This document shows, in pieces, positions 29,397-39,833 of a stretch of DNA of 64,000 nt. The position numbers and the translations under genes were made by a program. Numbering within the stretch: the stretch's first letter is position 1; every line of letters starts with the position of its first letter. A model generated the notes under the pieces. The model had not been told where the DNA came from. It saw nothing but the letters and a program-made list of their open reading frames with translations, and did not search any database. The stretch is taken from positions 10,821 through 74,820 of the IMG/VR virus record IMGVR_UViG_3300032174_000075. One strand, written 5' to 3'. This DNA comes from a virus.

Positions 29397-29606
29397 GTGA
29401 CTGCGTGGTTTCTGATAATGAGCATACTCATTTACTCAGGCGATGATGGATCTTGGCATAGACAATACCAAGTCCGGGATCAGGCCTTTCCATCTCAGGA
29501 AGAATGCGAAGTCGCGCGTTATCACAGGACGCACAACGACTATTTCGACGGCGATCTACAAACCGCTTGCGTCGAAGTGACACTGCTTCCGAAGATCGAC
29601 AGATAG
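29397..29606 (+). CDS. Hypothetical protein
   Basis: AGGAG RBS; F.SQEECE motif common in small phage proteins. Confidence 0.55.
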   Translation: MTAWFLIMSILIYSGDDGSWHRQYQVRDQAFPSQEECEVARYHRTHNDYFDGDLQTACVEVTLLPKIDR

Positions 29607-29614
29607 GAGTCCCC

Positions 29615-29998
29615 ATGAATCCCCTCAAATCCCTCGCCCTGGCCTCCGTAGTGGCAACCTCCCTTGGCGGCTGTCAGACAGTCGCCAGCCTTCTGACGGG
29701 CCAGAGCGTGGCCCAGGTGGCGCCTACGACCATCGCGGACGCGGAGAAAGCGTTAACGATTGCGCACTTGGCCTATCAGGCCCTCGGGGAAACTCTCAAG
29801 TCAGGGGCGGATAGCGGCATTCTCCATGGTCCCAATGCTGCAACTGCGAAGAGCTACTATGACAAAGCTGGCGACTACCTCGACGTAGCGGACAAGGCCG
29901 ATGCGGCTGCGAACGCGCAGGGTATTTTCTCCGCTGTCGCCAGCGCCGAGTCGTTCATCACGCAGGCCAAGGCGCTTGTGCCGAGTACGAGCCACTGA
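29615..29998 (+). CDS. Lipoprotein, possible spanin component
   Basis: Lipobox LGGC after hydrophobic leader; lysis region. Confidence 0.6.
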   Translation: MNPLKSLALASVVATSLGGCQTVASLLTGQSVAQVAPTTIADAEKALTIAHLAYQALGETLKSGADSGILHGPNAATAKSYYDKAGDYLDVADKADAAANAQGIFSAVASAESFITQAKALVPSTSH

Positions 29999-30240
29999 GC
30001 CGTCATGAACGAGGAGCTTCTGAGCGCGTTTCGTGAGTGGTGGCACCAGAAGGCCCGCCACGGCGAGACGGCCTCCGCTGCTGCGACTTCTTTGGAGAAG
30101 CACCTTTTGGAGCGCGGCTTCATGATCGTGCGCGCGGAACGCCATCTTGCCGCCACTGAATGGAGTCTCGATCCTGAAAGGGTGTGAATCGCTACGATGG
30201 CCCTTTCCTTCCCCGCCCGCTAACGCCTAGGAGCCCTCCC

Positions 30241-30447
30241 ATGGACGCCACACAGATTGTCTCCCTCATCACCTCCCTCGCCGATCTTGTCGCCAAGCTC
30301 GCCCCGCTGGCGACTCAGGGTGGAGCGGTCCTTTCCGAAACCGATGCGAACGCCGTTCATGGCGCCCTTCTCAAAGCCGAGGAAGCCACAGCGGCGCTCC
30401 GCCCCCAGGTTGACGCCGCCCTGGACGCTGCCGCCGCCCGAGGCTGA
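30241..30447 (+). CDS. Small helical protein (lysis region)
   Basis: AGGAG RBS. Confidence 0.5.
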   Translation: MDATQIVSLITSLADLVAKLAPLATQGGAVLSETDANAVHGALLKAEEATAALRPQVDAALDAAAARG

Positions 30448-30590
30448 GACTTACACCCGCTAGGGGCGTTTACTCCGGTATGACATTGCATGAGCGCTTT
30501 TCGGCTGGCTCAAGTGCCGCTATACCTAGTGGCACGAGGAACGGTTCGCGCTATAGTTGGAAGGCGCTGTTAACGAGGGCTTGGGAGGCA

Positions 30591-30902
30591 ATGGGCGGGA
30601 TAAACCTCAGCGCGGGCCAGTTCAACATCGCAAGCTTCCTGTCCGTGATCGCAGTCGCGGCGGTCCTTTGGTTCGGCAACCTCGTGACCGGGGACCATGA
30701 GAAGATTTCCGGGATTGCAGGCGGCGTCCAGAATATCCAGACTTCCGTCGCCGGCATGCAGGCGCAGGTATCGACTCTACAGGGCCAGGTCACGGCATTC
30801 CAGGGCGATCTTGCCGAGATGCGCGCCCGGCTCGATTGCGCCCAAGGCGTCGGGACCGTGGCAGGATGCGAACGCAAGCGCCGGATGGCGCCAACGCAAT
30901 GA
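30591..30902 (+). CDS. Membrane-anchored coiled-coil protein
   Basis: GGAGG RBS; TM helix then heptad pattern. Confidence 0.55.
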   Translation: MGGINLSAGQFNIASFLSVIAVAAVLWFGNLVTGDHEKISGIAGGVQNIQTSVAGMQAQVSTLQGQVTAFQGDLAEMRARLDCAQGVGTVAGCERKRRMAPTQ

Positions 30903-31210
30903 GCGACGCTGGTGGATTGTCTGCGCCAGGAAGTGCGACGGTCACAAACGACGAGCGCCTGACCAATACGAATGGCACGCTGGTTTCCGTCCGACTCGGG
31001 GAGGATGAACGTCGGGCGCTCCGCTGGCTTTCTCCTCTCTTGATCTTCGTCGGCTTCAATCTCGCGCTAAGCCTTGTGCTCTATTTCGAGTGGCAGCGCG
31101 CCGCGACCAATTACGCGCTTGTCTATAGCCACCAGCTTAAGGAAGAGGCATACTTGGCGGCGCATGGGGTGGACGTGACCAAGTTCGGTGACGCTCTGCC
31201 AGAGCCGTAG
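30899..31210 (+). CDS. Single-pass membrane protein
   Basis: ATGA coupling; hydrophobic helix. Confidence 0.5.
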   Translation: MSDAGGLSAPGSATVTNDERLTNTNGTLVSVRLGEDERRALRWLSPLLIFVGFNLALSLVLYFEWQRAATNYALVYSHQLKEEAYLAAHGVDVTKFGDALPEP

Positions 31211-31218
31211 GAACGACT

Positions 31219-31608
31219 ATGGGTTGGGCAGTCGGTGAAGGCAAGGACGGCCGCGATATCGGGTACGGCGTTCCTGCGCTGTGTGATCATCCGTGCTGCA
31301 ATGCGAGAATCAATCGCGGTCTCTCTTTCGTCTGTGGAATGATAAATTCGCCTGGCGAGGATCGCGGCTGCGGTTTGCATTTCTGCCTGGACCACCTTCG
31401 CCATTCGCAGCGCTTTGGGCAACTCTGCCCCCGGCGCTGGCCGAAGAAGCTTGAGCCTTTCGAGCGCAAGCCGGACTTACACGAATGGACCTCCCATAAG
31501 ATGACAGATGAGACTTGGCAGGAATGGCGCAACACGCATCTTGCGGAAGTCGAGGATTACCATCGCAGAATCGGCGGCGAAGAAATGCCGCATGTCGAAA
31601 GCACATAG
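31219..31608 (+). CDS. Cys/His-rich hypothetical protein
   Basis: RDIGYGVPA.CDHP.C and GCGLHFC..H. Confidence 0.65.
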   Translation: MGWAVGEGKDGRDIGYGVPALCDHPCCNARINRGLSFVCGMINSPGEDRGCGLHFCLDHLRHSQRFGQLCPRRWPKKLEPFERKPDLHEWTSHKMTDETWQEWRNTHLAEVEDYHRRIGGEEMPHVEST

Positions 31609-32097
31609 AGGAACGGCGCTGGCAATGGATTGGCGCGAAGATACCAGCCGTGAGAATGAAGCGCATGCTGGCGATATATTAATCGCAGCCCGGCGCCTTA
31701 ACAGGCTGGCAGTGCAAATGAAGGCACTCGGATATGTGGACATAAAGCCGACGCTCGGGGACGTTCAGAATGTTCCAATCAACAAAGTCTATGACGCGCT
31801 ATCCGACATGCTTGAAGAGGCTCTAAACCGAATAGGAGATTTGCAATGTCCGGTGACGATGACGACGTGATCATTCACAGGGTCCAGCACAACACCACAA
31901 CCGACACGGCGACACCCGTAACGGGCTCACGAGCCGACATGGCCGCGCTCATGTCGCATATCAATATCCCAGCGCTCCCAAGCCAGTCTCAGAAGGACTT
32001 GGCGAATGCAATTGTGGCGCTCACGGCGTGAGGGCAATCTGAGAAACCGCCGCGCGACGGCTTCGCGCATAGCAGAAGAAGCAGTAGGAGAAGAAGC

Positions 32098-32397
32098 ATG
32101 TTCACGATCAAACTTTACAAATACGACGGTGCCAACCAGAAGGTTTTCGCGGCCGAGAGCTTTTCGATTTTGCGCGGGAGGAACTCTGGGAGCACTGACG
32201 GCCCATGTAGTTCCTGGTCGGAAATTACCGCGCATATGAAGAACCAAAACGACGCCGTGAGGTTCGATATCGGCGACAGCCCCTATCAGCCAAGCGGCGG
32301 GGTTTGGGAAAGGGCCATCATCGAAAACGCCGCCGGCCGCACGACAGAGATAATCGGAGCGGACCAGCCCTATAAGGCGCCAGTGGCCCAAGCCTAG
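32098..32397 (+). CDS. Hypothetical protein
   Basis: AGGAG RBS; IENAAGRT motif. Confidence 0.55.
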   Translation: MFTIKLYKYDGANQKVFAAESFSILRGRNSGSTDGPCSSWSEITAHMKNQNDAVRFDIGDSPYQPSGGVWERAIIENAAGRTTEIIGADQPYKAPVAQA

Positions 32398-32429
32398 TCG
32401 CCCTTTCCCCCTAGACGTGCTACAAGAGC

Positions 32430-32460
32430 CCCGCTGGGCGACTGGCGGGGCTTTGCCTTT
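32430..32460 (+). terminator. Intrinsic terminator-like hairpin
   Basis: AGCCCCGCTGG-GCGA-CTGGCGGGGCT followed by T-rich tail. Confidence 0.55.
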
Positions 32461-32688
32461 GAGTGCGCGCGGCAGGCGAGGAACAATCATGATAGATAAC
32501 GAACTGCTTGGTTTGGTCGTGGCGCAGCAAGGTAGGAAATACCTTACGCGTGGCGGTAAGGTTGTCGGCCCGCTTCGTCTAGGCGGGGAAGGGATGGAAG
32601 ACCATTATCTGAGCGGCGGCCACGCGTGGCATTCGTCTGGAGAGGGCTGCGGTGATCCCGATTATGACCTTGTGCAGGAAGTCTCTGA

Positions 32689-33048
32689 ATGAGTGGCCGC
32701 GCGGGCATTAGTTGCAAGCCTCCTCGCCAATTTGAGGAAGGATGGGTGTCGGTACTCACCGCCTGTTCGATGGCCGCTGAGTATGTGAAGCGTGCTGGGC
32801 TGTCTCTGCGCTATCGAAGCGCGAAGAGCGAGGCCTGTTATTACATCATGCCTGGTCGATTTGGGCTACTGCGAATCGCCACCCATTCGAAGGGTGGCAA
32901 GAACCCAGACATGAAAGACGGACCGGCCATCGTCAGCGTCACATTCCCGGAAGCCAACCTGCGTGGCTTCACAAGAGAGCACGTCGAGAACCATGCAGCG
33001 AACGGGATTGGTCTGTATCTCATTCGTTCGAAACGAACAGACTCATAG
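32689..33048 (+). CDS. Hypothetical protein
   Basis: SEACYY...LRIATH pattern. Confidence 0.5.
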   Translation: MSGRAGISCKPPRQFEEGWVSVLTACSMAAEYVKRAGLSLRYRSAKSEACYYIMPGRFGLLRIATHSKGGKNPDMKDGPAIVSVTFPEANLRGFTREHVENHAANGIGLYLIRSKRTDS

Positions 33049-33060
33049 AAGGGCTAGAAC

Positions 33061-33495
33061 ATGGCTGACGACACCGACGAATCAGACGGACTCCAGCGGC
33101 TCCGGGAGATCAGCGGAAAGCTGGTTGACATGGACCCGGACCTGTTCCAGCAGATTATCGACGCGCTGCCCGACGCGCTTTTGATTGCGGATGCGCAGTC
33201 GAAAATCCTGCTCGTCAACAAGCAATTGGAACTCATGTTCGGCTGGCCGCGCACAATGCTCATGGGCCAGCGCCTCGACATGCTCATGCCCGAGGAGGTC
33301 CGCACAATCCACAAGGCGCATTTCGACGATTACTTCATGAATCCGTCCGCGCGCCCGATGAACATGGGCAAGCACCTCACGGGGCTGCGCCGGGACGGCC
33401 GCTTGGTCACCGTGCAAATCAGCCTCGGCCCGATCATCAGCCCGCAAGGAACATGGGGGCTCGCACTTATCCGGCGTGCCATAGACGGCAAGTAA
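33061..33495 (+). CDS. Stand-alone PAS-domain protein
   Basis: IIDALPDALLIAD...ILLVN...E.MFGW...LMGQ.LDMLMP and GLRRDG..V.V.ISL. Confidence 0.9.
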   Translation: MADDTDESDGLQRLREISGKLVDMDPDLFQQIIDALPDALLIADAQSKILLVNKQLELMFGWPRTMLMGQRLDMLMPEEVRTIHKAHFDDYFMNPSARPMNMGKHLTGLRRDGRLVTVQISLGPIISPQGTWGLALIRRAIDGK

Positions 33496-33867
33496 ATGGT
33501 CGGGGAGGTGAATAGCGATTTTCGCGAAACTCTCATCCGCCAACTTGAAAATCAGGAGCGGGCGTTTGAACGGCTTGAAGCGAAGGTGGACCAGCTCCGC
33601 GTCGAGAAATTGGCAGAGATCAGAACCGAGATAAACGACGCACGCCGGGAGTCCGCATCGGCGGTTTCTCTCGCTAGGGCGGATGCTGCGTCCGAGATAG
33701 CCCGCGTTCGATCCGATGCTGCTGCTGATGCTGCCACTCTTCGCACCACGACCAGCGAAAAGCTTGCGGCCCTTCAGGTGCGGTCTGGGCTATGGGGCGG
33801 CATGTCTGGCGGAATTGCAGCCCTCCTCGCAGCGCTGGCGGTCTATGTCGCCAAGGGCGGCCATTAG
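33496..33867 (+). CDS. Coiled-coil protein with C-terminal TM helix (holin/XhlA-like layout)
   Basis: Abuts PAS gene; heptads then hydrophobic C-terminus. Confidence 0.55.
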   Translation: MVGEVNSDFRETLIRQLENQERAFERLEAKVDQLRVEKLAEIRTEINDARRESASAVSLARADAASEIARVRSDAAADAATLRTTTSEKLAALQVRSGLWGGMSGGIAALLAALAVYVAKGGH

Positions 33868-34748
33868 CTCAGCGGCGTCCATGCCCAAGCATCGGGGCAA
33901 TCTCCGCGCTTATAGAACCACGCCGCAGCCCCGTTTATCGAGTTCGTGATCTTGAGAATTACGCGGTTCAAGTCCCCGTAAGAATCTTCCGCGCCGAGTT
34001 TGATCGCGAGCGCCTTCGCTCTGTCCTCGTTCTTCGTCAGGAATGTTCTGCGTGAATGCGTGCGAAGATTGTAGACGCTGCCGTGCCATGGAAGCGCGGA
34101 TTTCTCTTCTGAGGACGGCAATCGCGCAGGCAGAAAGCTTTCCGGTGCTGGCGGCAAGTTCCCGCCAAAGAAGCGCGGGCGCCCCTTCCCGATCTTCGAT
34201 GTCTTGCTCGCAATCTACAGGCGGTCCTACTTCTTCGTCTGTTTCTCAGGCAGCTTTCCGAGCGCGCCAACGCAGACCTGATAGCGCCCGCCACCTTCAT
34301 CAAGCAGACCAATGCCGCCCAGGACAACAGCCGTCCCGCCATTCGCGTGTATCCAACGCTGCGCCGCGCAGACGAGGTTATGAGCATGATCGCCTTTGCG
34401 GTATCGCAACCACGTCCACTTTGCTTTGCGCTTCTTCACGGGCGTCGCTCTTCTGCTCATTTCGACACCGCCCTTTGCTGCGTTATCGCTATGGCCGCAT
34501 CTATTAGTGCTTCAGAGCGCTTCCCATTTATCGCGGACGCGAAGGCGTCCGTCTGAACTTGTCGAGACGGGTCAGCCTTGGACACAAGGTACGCAGCCCT
34601 CATGAGAGCGCTCTCTCGCCTATTCTTCTCGTTTTTCCTGTTGCGCTCGTTTGTCGAATCCGTTCGAGCTCGCCGTTTTGCGAGGACGGTGCACGCCTCT
34701 TGGATTTGATCTTTCGTGCCTTTCAAAAGTACACGCACTGCGGCGCTC

Positions 34749-35129
34749 CTAGCTAGTTGTCCGTTCGCCACCAGCGAGCCGGAAGTAAACGATATCGTCA
34801 GGGTGGAGTTCGTAGCTGCGCTCCGGTTGCGTCCCGTAAGCCGCCGCTTCGATCTGAAAGCGATCCATTGCCGTGCGATGCGTGTTGATCTTGTTGGCGC
34901 ATTCTTGGAGTCGCCCTTGCAGGGTAGGATCGAGAACGATCTGCACGTTCTTCCCGCCGGTCACCTCGTATTCCCGCACTTCGACACCGGCCGCTTTGGC
35001 GGCGCCAATCGCTTTATCTTGCTCATGGCCCCACCAGTTCAGGCGCTCCGTGTGGTAGTCGCACTCACGAGCAGCCGCATCGCTGATCTGCTTGCCTGTG
35101 AATTGAAATGTGTGCTCTTGGCGTTTCAT
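34749..35129 (-). CDS. Hypothetical protein
   Basis: AGGAG RBS; part of tightly packed leftward operon. Confidence 0.55.
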   Translation of the reverse strand: MKRQEHTFQFTGKQISDAAARECDYHTERLNWWGHEQDKAIGAAKAAGVEVREYEVTGGKNVQIVLDPTLQGRLQECANKINTHRTAMDRFQIEAAAYGTQPERSYELHPDDIVYFRLAGGERTTS

Positions 35130-36383
35130 TTCTAAAGTCTCCTAGCTTTTCTCTTGCGCAGGTGGCGGCTGATCTGCTCTGGATATTCTTCGATCAGCCG
35201 GTCAAGGATTCGCATGTCTTCTGCGAATTTGGCCGACGCCTTTTCGAAGTTCTTGGCAAATCGCTCTTGGCGATCCCAGTCTCTCTGCGTCACTTCGCGC
35301 GGCATGGCGTCTCCTATTGTGTCATCCGTAGTACGGTAGAGAAAACCATTCTTTTTCTGACAGCACGAAAGGCATGGCACGCGTCTTGCGCACCATCACG
35401 TATCCTTTCGCACGCGCCATGAGCGTGACGCGTCCTCCGCGAAACACACGCGGCCTCTTGAGCGCCTGAATGCAGTCCTCGCATTCATCGTTGATCTTGT
35501 GAGGCTTCAACATTTCGGTCTCCTTAAATGTCTGCGTCGAACGGCGAGATGATGGATACCGCCGACGCGCTGATGACGGTATCGACCGACACGTTGAAGC
35601 GGTTCTCTATATCGACGCGCATTCGGCCAGACACCAGAACCCGTACGCGATCTCCAAAGCTCAGATACACATTCACATCCGTCTTGAACCAACCCGGCAT
35701 GATCGCGGCTTTCTCGTTCGCATCCACGTCCGGGAAGTTTCTGCGGAAGCCGAAAAGGCGGCGTGCGTGATCTCGCCACGTTGGAATATGCGTCATGCAA
35801 AAGGTGTCCGGCGCCTCGTCTTGAGCGGTCATCACGCATTTCCCTTCGCTTTGAGATGGTCCTTCGCAAACTGCTTGATGAAGTCCTGTAGCTCGGCCTC
35901 GATCAAAGACATGCGCCGAAGGTCGCGGTCGGTCGCATCCTCGCCGGAATCGAGAAACGTCATGATGCTGCCGAACAGGTGTTGTGCGCCGGCGAAGAAT
36001 GCCATCCGCATTTCGCGAACCTGATCCTCTGGCGCATCCTTCGCCATAGCGGTCATGCGGAGTCCAACGAACCCAGCCTCGATGATTTTGCCGCTATCGC
36101 TGAGCGCCTTTGTGAGCTTGGCGGCTTCTTCGTTGACGTTGATGGTCATGCTCGGCGCTCCGCTCAGGTTGTCTGTTTCTTGCCCCGTACATTCCCACGT
36201 TCCCAGGCTTTCGATAGCTCTGGTGTCGCAAAGAATGAGAAGTGGCAATTGATCTGGTTCGGACCATCTTTGCGCGCCAGGTATCCAGCCCTCTCGGCTT
36301 GCTCTTCCGAACGAGATTCGGGCTTGAGGCGATGCGCGAGTGATTGATCGGCCATCTTCCGTGCTCCTAACGTTTTGTCTGCT

Positions 36384-36779
36384 TCAACATGGACGCTGAT
36401 ATTGTTCGGCGAACTTCTGCGCGCTGAGAACGCTGAACACGCCCTCTGCATCGCGAATGATCACGTCGCCGATCTCCGCGCGCAGATGGCCACCACGCTG
36501 CTTGATCAGAATATAGGGCGGATAATGATCCGGCTTTCGCAGCGATTTGAGATATGCCGCGAGGTCTCCCTTCAAAGAAAACCATTCGCTATGAACGCGA
36601 TATTGCATGAAGCGATGGTGAAGATGACGTTCTTCATGGACGCCGCCGCGACGAACGCGCAGCAAAATACATTCTTTGTGGTTATGCGTCTGGATGGACG
36701 CTAGGCGCCTGAACACGTCTTTCGCGTGCCCGATCTTCACTGGGCCACGGTCGCCAGCCTGGATGAAATAGATGGTCAC
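36384..36779 (-). CDS. GIY-YIG (T5orf172/MUG113-like) domain protein
   Basis: IYFIQ...PVKIG...RRL..IQT, E..LH.RF and EWF motifs. Confidence 0.8.
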   Translation of the reverse strand: MTIYFIQAGDRGPVKIGHAKDVFRRLASIQTHNHKECILLRVRRGGVHEERHLHHRFMQYRVHSEWFSLKGDLAAYLKSLRKPDHYPPYILIKQRGGHLRAEIGDVIIRDAEGVFSVLSAQKFAEQYQRPC

Positions 36780-36931
36780 TTGCGCTCGACTTCTTTCAAA
36801 GCCAATTCCAGGCCGCGCAATAAAATTTGCGTGATGGATGGCGCATACGGGTCTTTTGAGCGGTCCGTAGCTTTTTCCAGCCGCGCCGCCTGGGAGTCTG
36901 GGATTCGGATAGTCGCGGTTCTGTCAGCCAT
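36776..36931 (-). CDS. 51-aa ribbon-helix-helix-like regulator (not in ORF track)
   Basis: TATIRIP beta strand then two helices; first gene after a promoter. Confidence 0.55.
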   Translation of the reverse strand: MADRTATIRIPDSQAARLEKATDRSKDPYAPSITQILLRGLELALKEVERK

Positions 36932-36937
36932 GATTAT

Positions 36938-36980
36938 TTTGTAGGACAAGCTTTACAAGTTGTCAAGTCCGTACTATATC
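36938..36980. promoter_or_regulatory. Overlapping divergent promoters
   Basis: - strand TTGACA-N17-TACAAA; + strand TTTACA-N17-TATATC; ACAAG direct repeats. Confidence 0.6.
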
Positions 36981-37467
36981 ACCCGGGAGATGGAGGCCGC
37001 AGATGCCTAGTTTGACCGAAAATGAACTGCAGAATCTGCACAGGCTACCGTTCGCGGAACGCAGCCTGATCTCGATGCGGTGTCATATCGCGCGGAATGA
37101 GCCGCGGGCGGTGCGCGACCAAATCCTTCGCGACGCAATCAATAGCTGAGGCCTCTGACCATGACAATTTTTCGAGTGAGGTTCCAAGTGCAAGGCGGCC
37201 ATGTGCATTGTCGCCTGTTCGCCGCTGCGCAGCGTGGCGTGACGTTCGCCAAGTGCGGCGACTTCGTCGTGCGCAAAGGCGCGGAGTTTCGTGACTTTGT
37301 GGCGGCTTTCGAGAATGCTGATTCGGAACTATGCACTTGGGAAACCCAAGCCTAGGTCTAGCGGCAAGTTGTGGACACCATGACGGACCGTGACCGCTCC
37401 TCCACAGCGACTCAGATACCATTCCCGGAATGGTGGCAGCATCGGGCTGCTGATGAAGGGCGTGTAG

Positions 37468-38238
37468 ATGGCGCGCGACACGATACTTGGGCTCGGGCTT
37501 ACGTTCGCGCTTCTGTTTATTCAGTATCGGTATAGAGACATGCCCGCTCCAATTACGGCGGCCGGCATTGCCTTTGGGGTCGCGCTGATGCTTTGGCCCT
37601 ACTTGCCCTTTCCACAGAAATACAATGCGCCCATTTTTGTGGCCCTCTGTTTGTTGGCTTTGTGCGTAGGCGTGGCTGATTGGGTGTACGAGATATATAG
37701 TCAGACGGAGATCACCGAGCGGCCCATTCAAAATGCCCGTCCGGTAACGCCAAAGGCATCACCGCAGCATGCAACCAGCGCCGCAGGGTCGCCTGTTGTA
37801 GCCCCCGAGAAGCCTCACGTTGACCCGCGACGAAGATTCGTCGTTCCACTTCGCGCGTTCTATGCTGAGGGCGATGAAATTATTCGCTTTTTGGCCGGCG
37901 CAAATACAGAAGATGAATTTAAGAAAAGGCAAGACCGGTTGTGGGATTGGACGACTCGCATCGGACTGTGGACATGCAAGAACATGGGGGAATCTGCGAT
38001 GGCCAAAGCAATACCCCTTACACTTGATCCTTATGTTGCCGCCGCCCATCCTATTCCCGGGGAAGAATTGCTCTCTGCGCAAAAGAACGCGCTGCTGACT
38101 ATGATAGGCGTTGTTCAAGAAAGATTGTCGTCTCTAATAGAGCACGACACATGGGACCCAATTGGCGAGCCAATCTTACCAAAGGAAGGGTGTGAGGCTG
38201 TGGTTGGAAAGGCAACCGATCCGGCGGCAAAGTTCTGA
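37468..38238 (+). CDS. IS passenger: membrane protein with three N-terminal TM helices
   Basis: Three hydrophobic segments; convergent with the transposase. Confidence 0.7.
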   Translation: MARDTILGLGLTFALLFIQYRYRDMPAPITAAGIAFGVALMLWPYLPFPQKYNAPIFVALCLLALCVGVADWVYEIYSQTEITERPIQNARPVTPKASPQHATSAAGSPVVAPEKPHVDPRRRFVVPLRAFYAEGDEIIRFLAGANTEDEFKKRQDRLWDWTTRIGLWTCKNMGESAMAKAIPLTLDPYVAAAHPIPGEELLSAQKNALLTMIGVVQERLSSLIEHDTWDPIGEPILPKEGCEAVVGKATDPAAKF

Positions 38239-38241
38239 CGT

Positions 38242-39168
38242 TCATGCAGCCCGCTTCCGAATTGGGTCCTGATACATCAACCGTGCGCCTGCGCTAAGTG
38301 CAATCGCCTTCATGGTTCGCTCCGCGTCCGAACTCTTGCGCTCGTTCCAGCGATAGGAGAACTCGTTGCAGTAGCGGTGCAGGTGGGTCTTGCTGACGCT
38401 GTGGAATGAGCCGGTGATACCGCGCTTAAGCAGCGCGAAATAAGACTCCGCATCGTTTGTCGAGACGCCGTCGCGGGCATACTCGAACTTCGCATGATTG
38501 ACCGTCTCGTGGCCGCCCTCGAACCACTTGCCCACGCCACGATAAGAAATGAGCTGGTCGGTCTGGATTTGCGAAGACGGATGCACATTGTTGCGGATCG
38601 CGTCTTGCAACGTCTTGGCGGTGATATTCGCAATCGGCCAAGAGCGGACGCGCCCGCCACGCTCGACCAATGCGACGACGGGAGCCTTATCGGTCCCGCG
38701 ACCTTCCTTGGACTTCTTGCCGCTATGTTTGCGCGGCTTGCCGCCGACATAGGTTTCATCCGCGACCACGATGCCTTGAAGGAGCCCCTTCAATGGATTT
38801 TGCGCCATCGCGTGCCGGATGCGGTGGTTCAAGTGCCACGCGGTGCGATAGGAACCGAGGCCAAGCTGGCGCTGCAATTGAAGGGCGCTTACGCCTTTCT
38901 TTGAAGAACACATGATCGAGAAAGCCATGAGCCAAATCCTGATCGGAAGGTGCGAGGCTTCCATGATCGTGTTCACGGTGACGCTGAATTGCTGCGCGCA
39001 GCCATTGTTGCATTTCCAAACGCCGGGACGATGCTTCTTGCCCTTGAATTTTGTGTGGCCTTCGACGCAGCCGCAATGCGGACAAACCGGACCCTTCGGC
39101 CAGACGATGCCCTCTAGCGTTTCGCGGGCTTGATCTTCGGTCATTTTGGACAGTTCGGAGAGGTTCAT
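38242..39168 (-). CDS. IS1595-family (ISXO2-like) DDE transposase
   Basis: CPHCG Zn ribbon, VSALQLQRQLG HTH, DETYVGG / QTD / NDAESYF. Confidence 0.95.
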   Translation of the reverse strand: MNLSELSKMTEDQARETLEGIVWPKGPVCPHCGCVEGHTKFKGKKHRPGVWKCNNGCAQQFSVTVNTIMEASHLPIRIWLMAFSIMCSSKKGVSALQLQRQLGLGSYRTAWHLNHRIRHAMAQNPLKGLLQGIVVADETYVGGKPRKHSGKKSKEGRGTDKAPVVALVERGGRVRSWPIANITAKTLQDAIRNNVHPSSQIQTDQLISYRGVGKWFEGGHETVNHAKFEYARDGVSTNDAESYFALLKRGITGSFHSVSKTHLHRYCNEFSYRWNERKSSDAERTMKAIALSAGARLMYQDPIRKRAA

Positions 39169-39236
39169 CGGTTCGGCCCTTGATCGTGTATGCAGTATGT
39201 AATACATTCGAAGCCGTTGTCAAGCGGAGTGCATAC

Positions 39237-39455
39237 ATGGATTTCAAGAAAGCTACCGATGAGTTGCTGGCCGGGATCAGCCATCAGGAATTGGCGGATG
39301 CCTTGGGCTGTTCGGTGCCAACCGTGCGGCAGGCCAGGCTGGACGAAGGCGCCAAGGCCCGCAGGAGCCCGCCAGAGGGCTGGCAGGCGGTTGTGGCGAA
39401 GCTTGCCAAGGCGCGGGCGGCTGGGCTCCTACGGCTCGCGGGTCGGCTCCAATAG
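39237..39455 (+). CDS. IS passenger: HTH regulator
   Basis: SHQELADALGCSVPTVRQ; divergent from the transposase. Confidence 0.75.
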   Translation: MDFKKATDELLAGISHQELADALGCSVPTVRQARLDEGAKARRSPPEGWQAVVAKLAKARAAGLLRLAGRLQ

Positions 39456-39619
39456 GCCGGTTGACAAGAATCGTGCCCGCAGCGAGACTCGAACTCGCAC
39501 GGCTCCGGCGAAGGAACCGGGGGATTCCAGGTCCCCCGCGTCTACCAGTTCCGCCATACGGGCCACGATTGAGGGCTTCTCCGGCCCGGGTAGGACCAAG
39601 ACCGGAGAGCCTGTCAGCG

Positions 39620-39648
39620 ACGCCGCCTTCGGGCGGCGTTTTGCTTTC
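39620..39648 (+). terminator. Intrinsic terminator
   Basis: ACGCCGCC-TTCG-GGCGGCGT then TTTG. Confidence 0.7.
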
Positions 39649-39833
39649 TAGAGGCTGCTAAGGCGGTTCCATGGGCGAATCTCCTGGGGTTGCCTTCGGA
39701 GATTGGCGAGACGGGATTTCGCCGTCGAAATCCGCGCGTAATTCGCCGCCATTTCGCCGCCGATTTTGGCAAGCATTGATTTCAAAGAGTTTTTTAGATC
39801 GAAACCCGCCGGAAGGTGTCGAAAATTCGCCAC

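Noticed and set aside
37445-37470. Hammerhead ribozyme (CTGATGA)
   Set aside because: No correctly placed GAAA core or supporting stems
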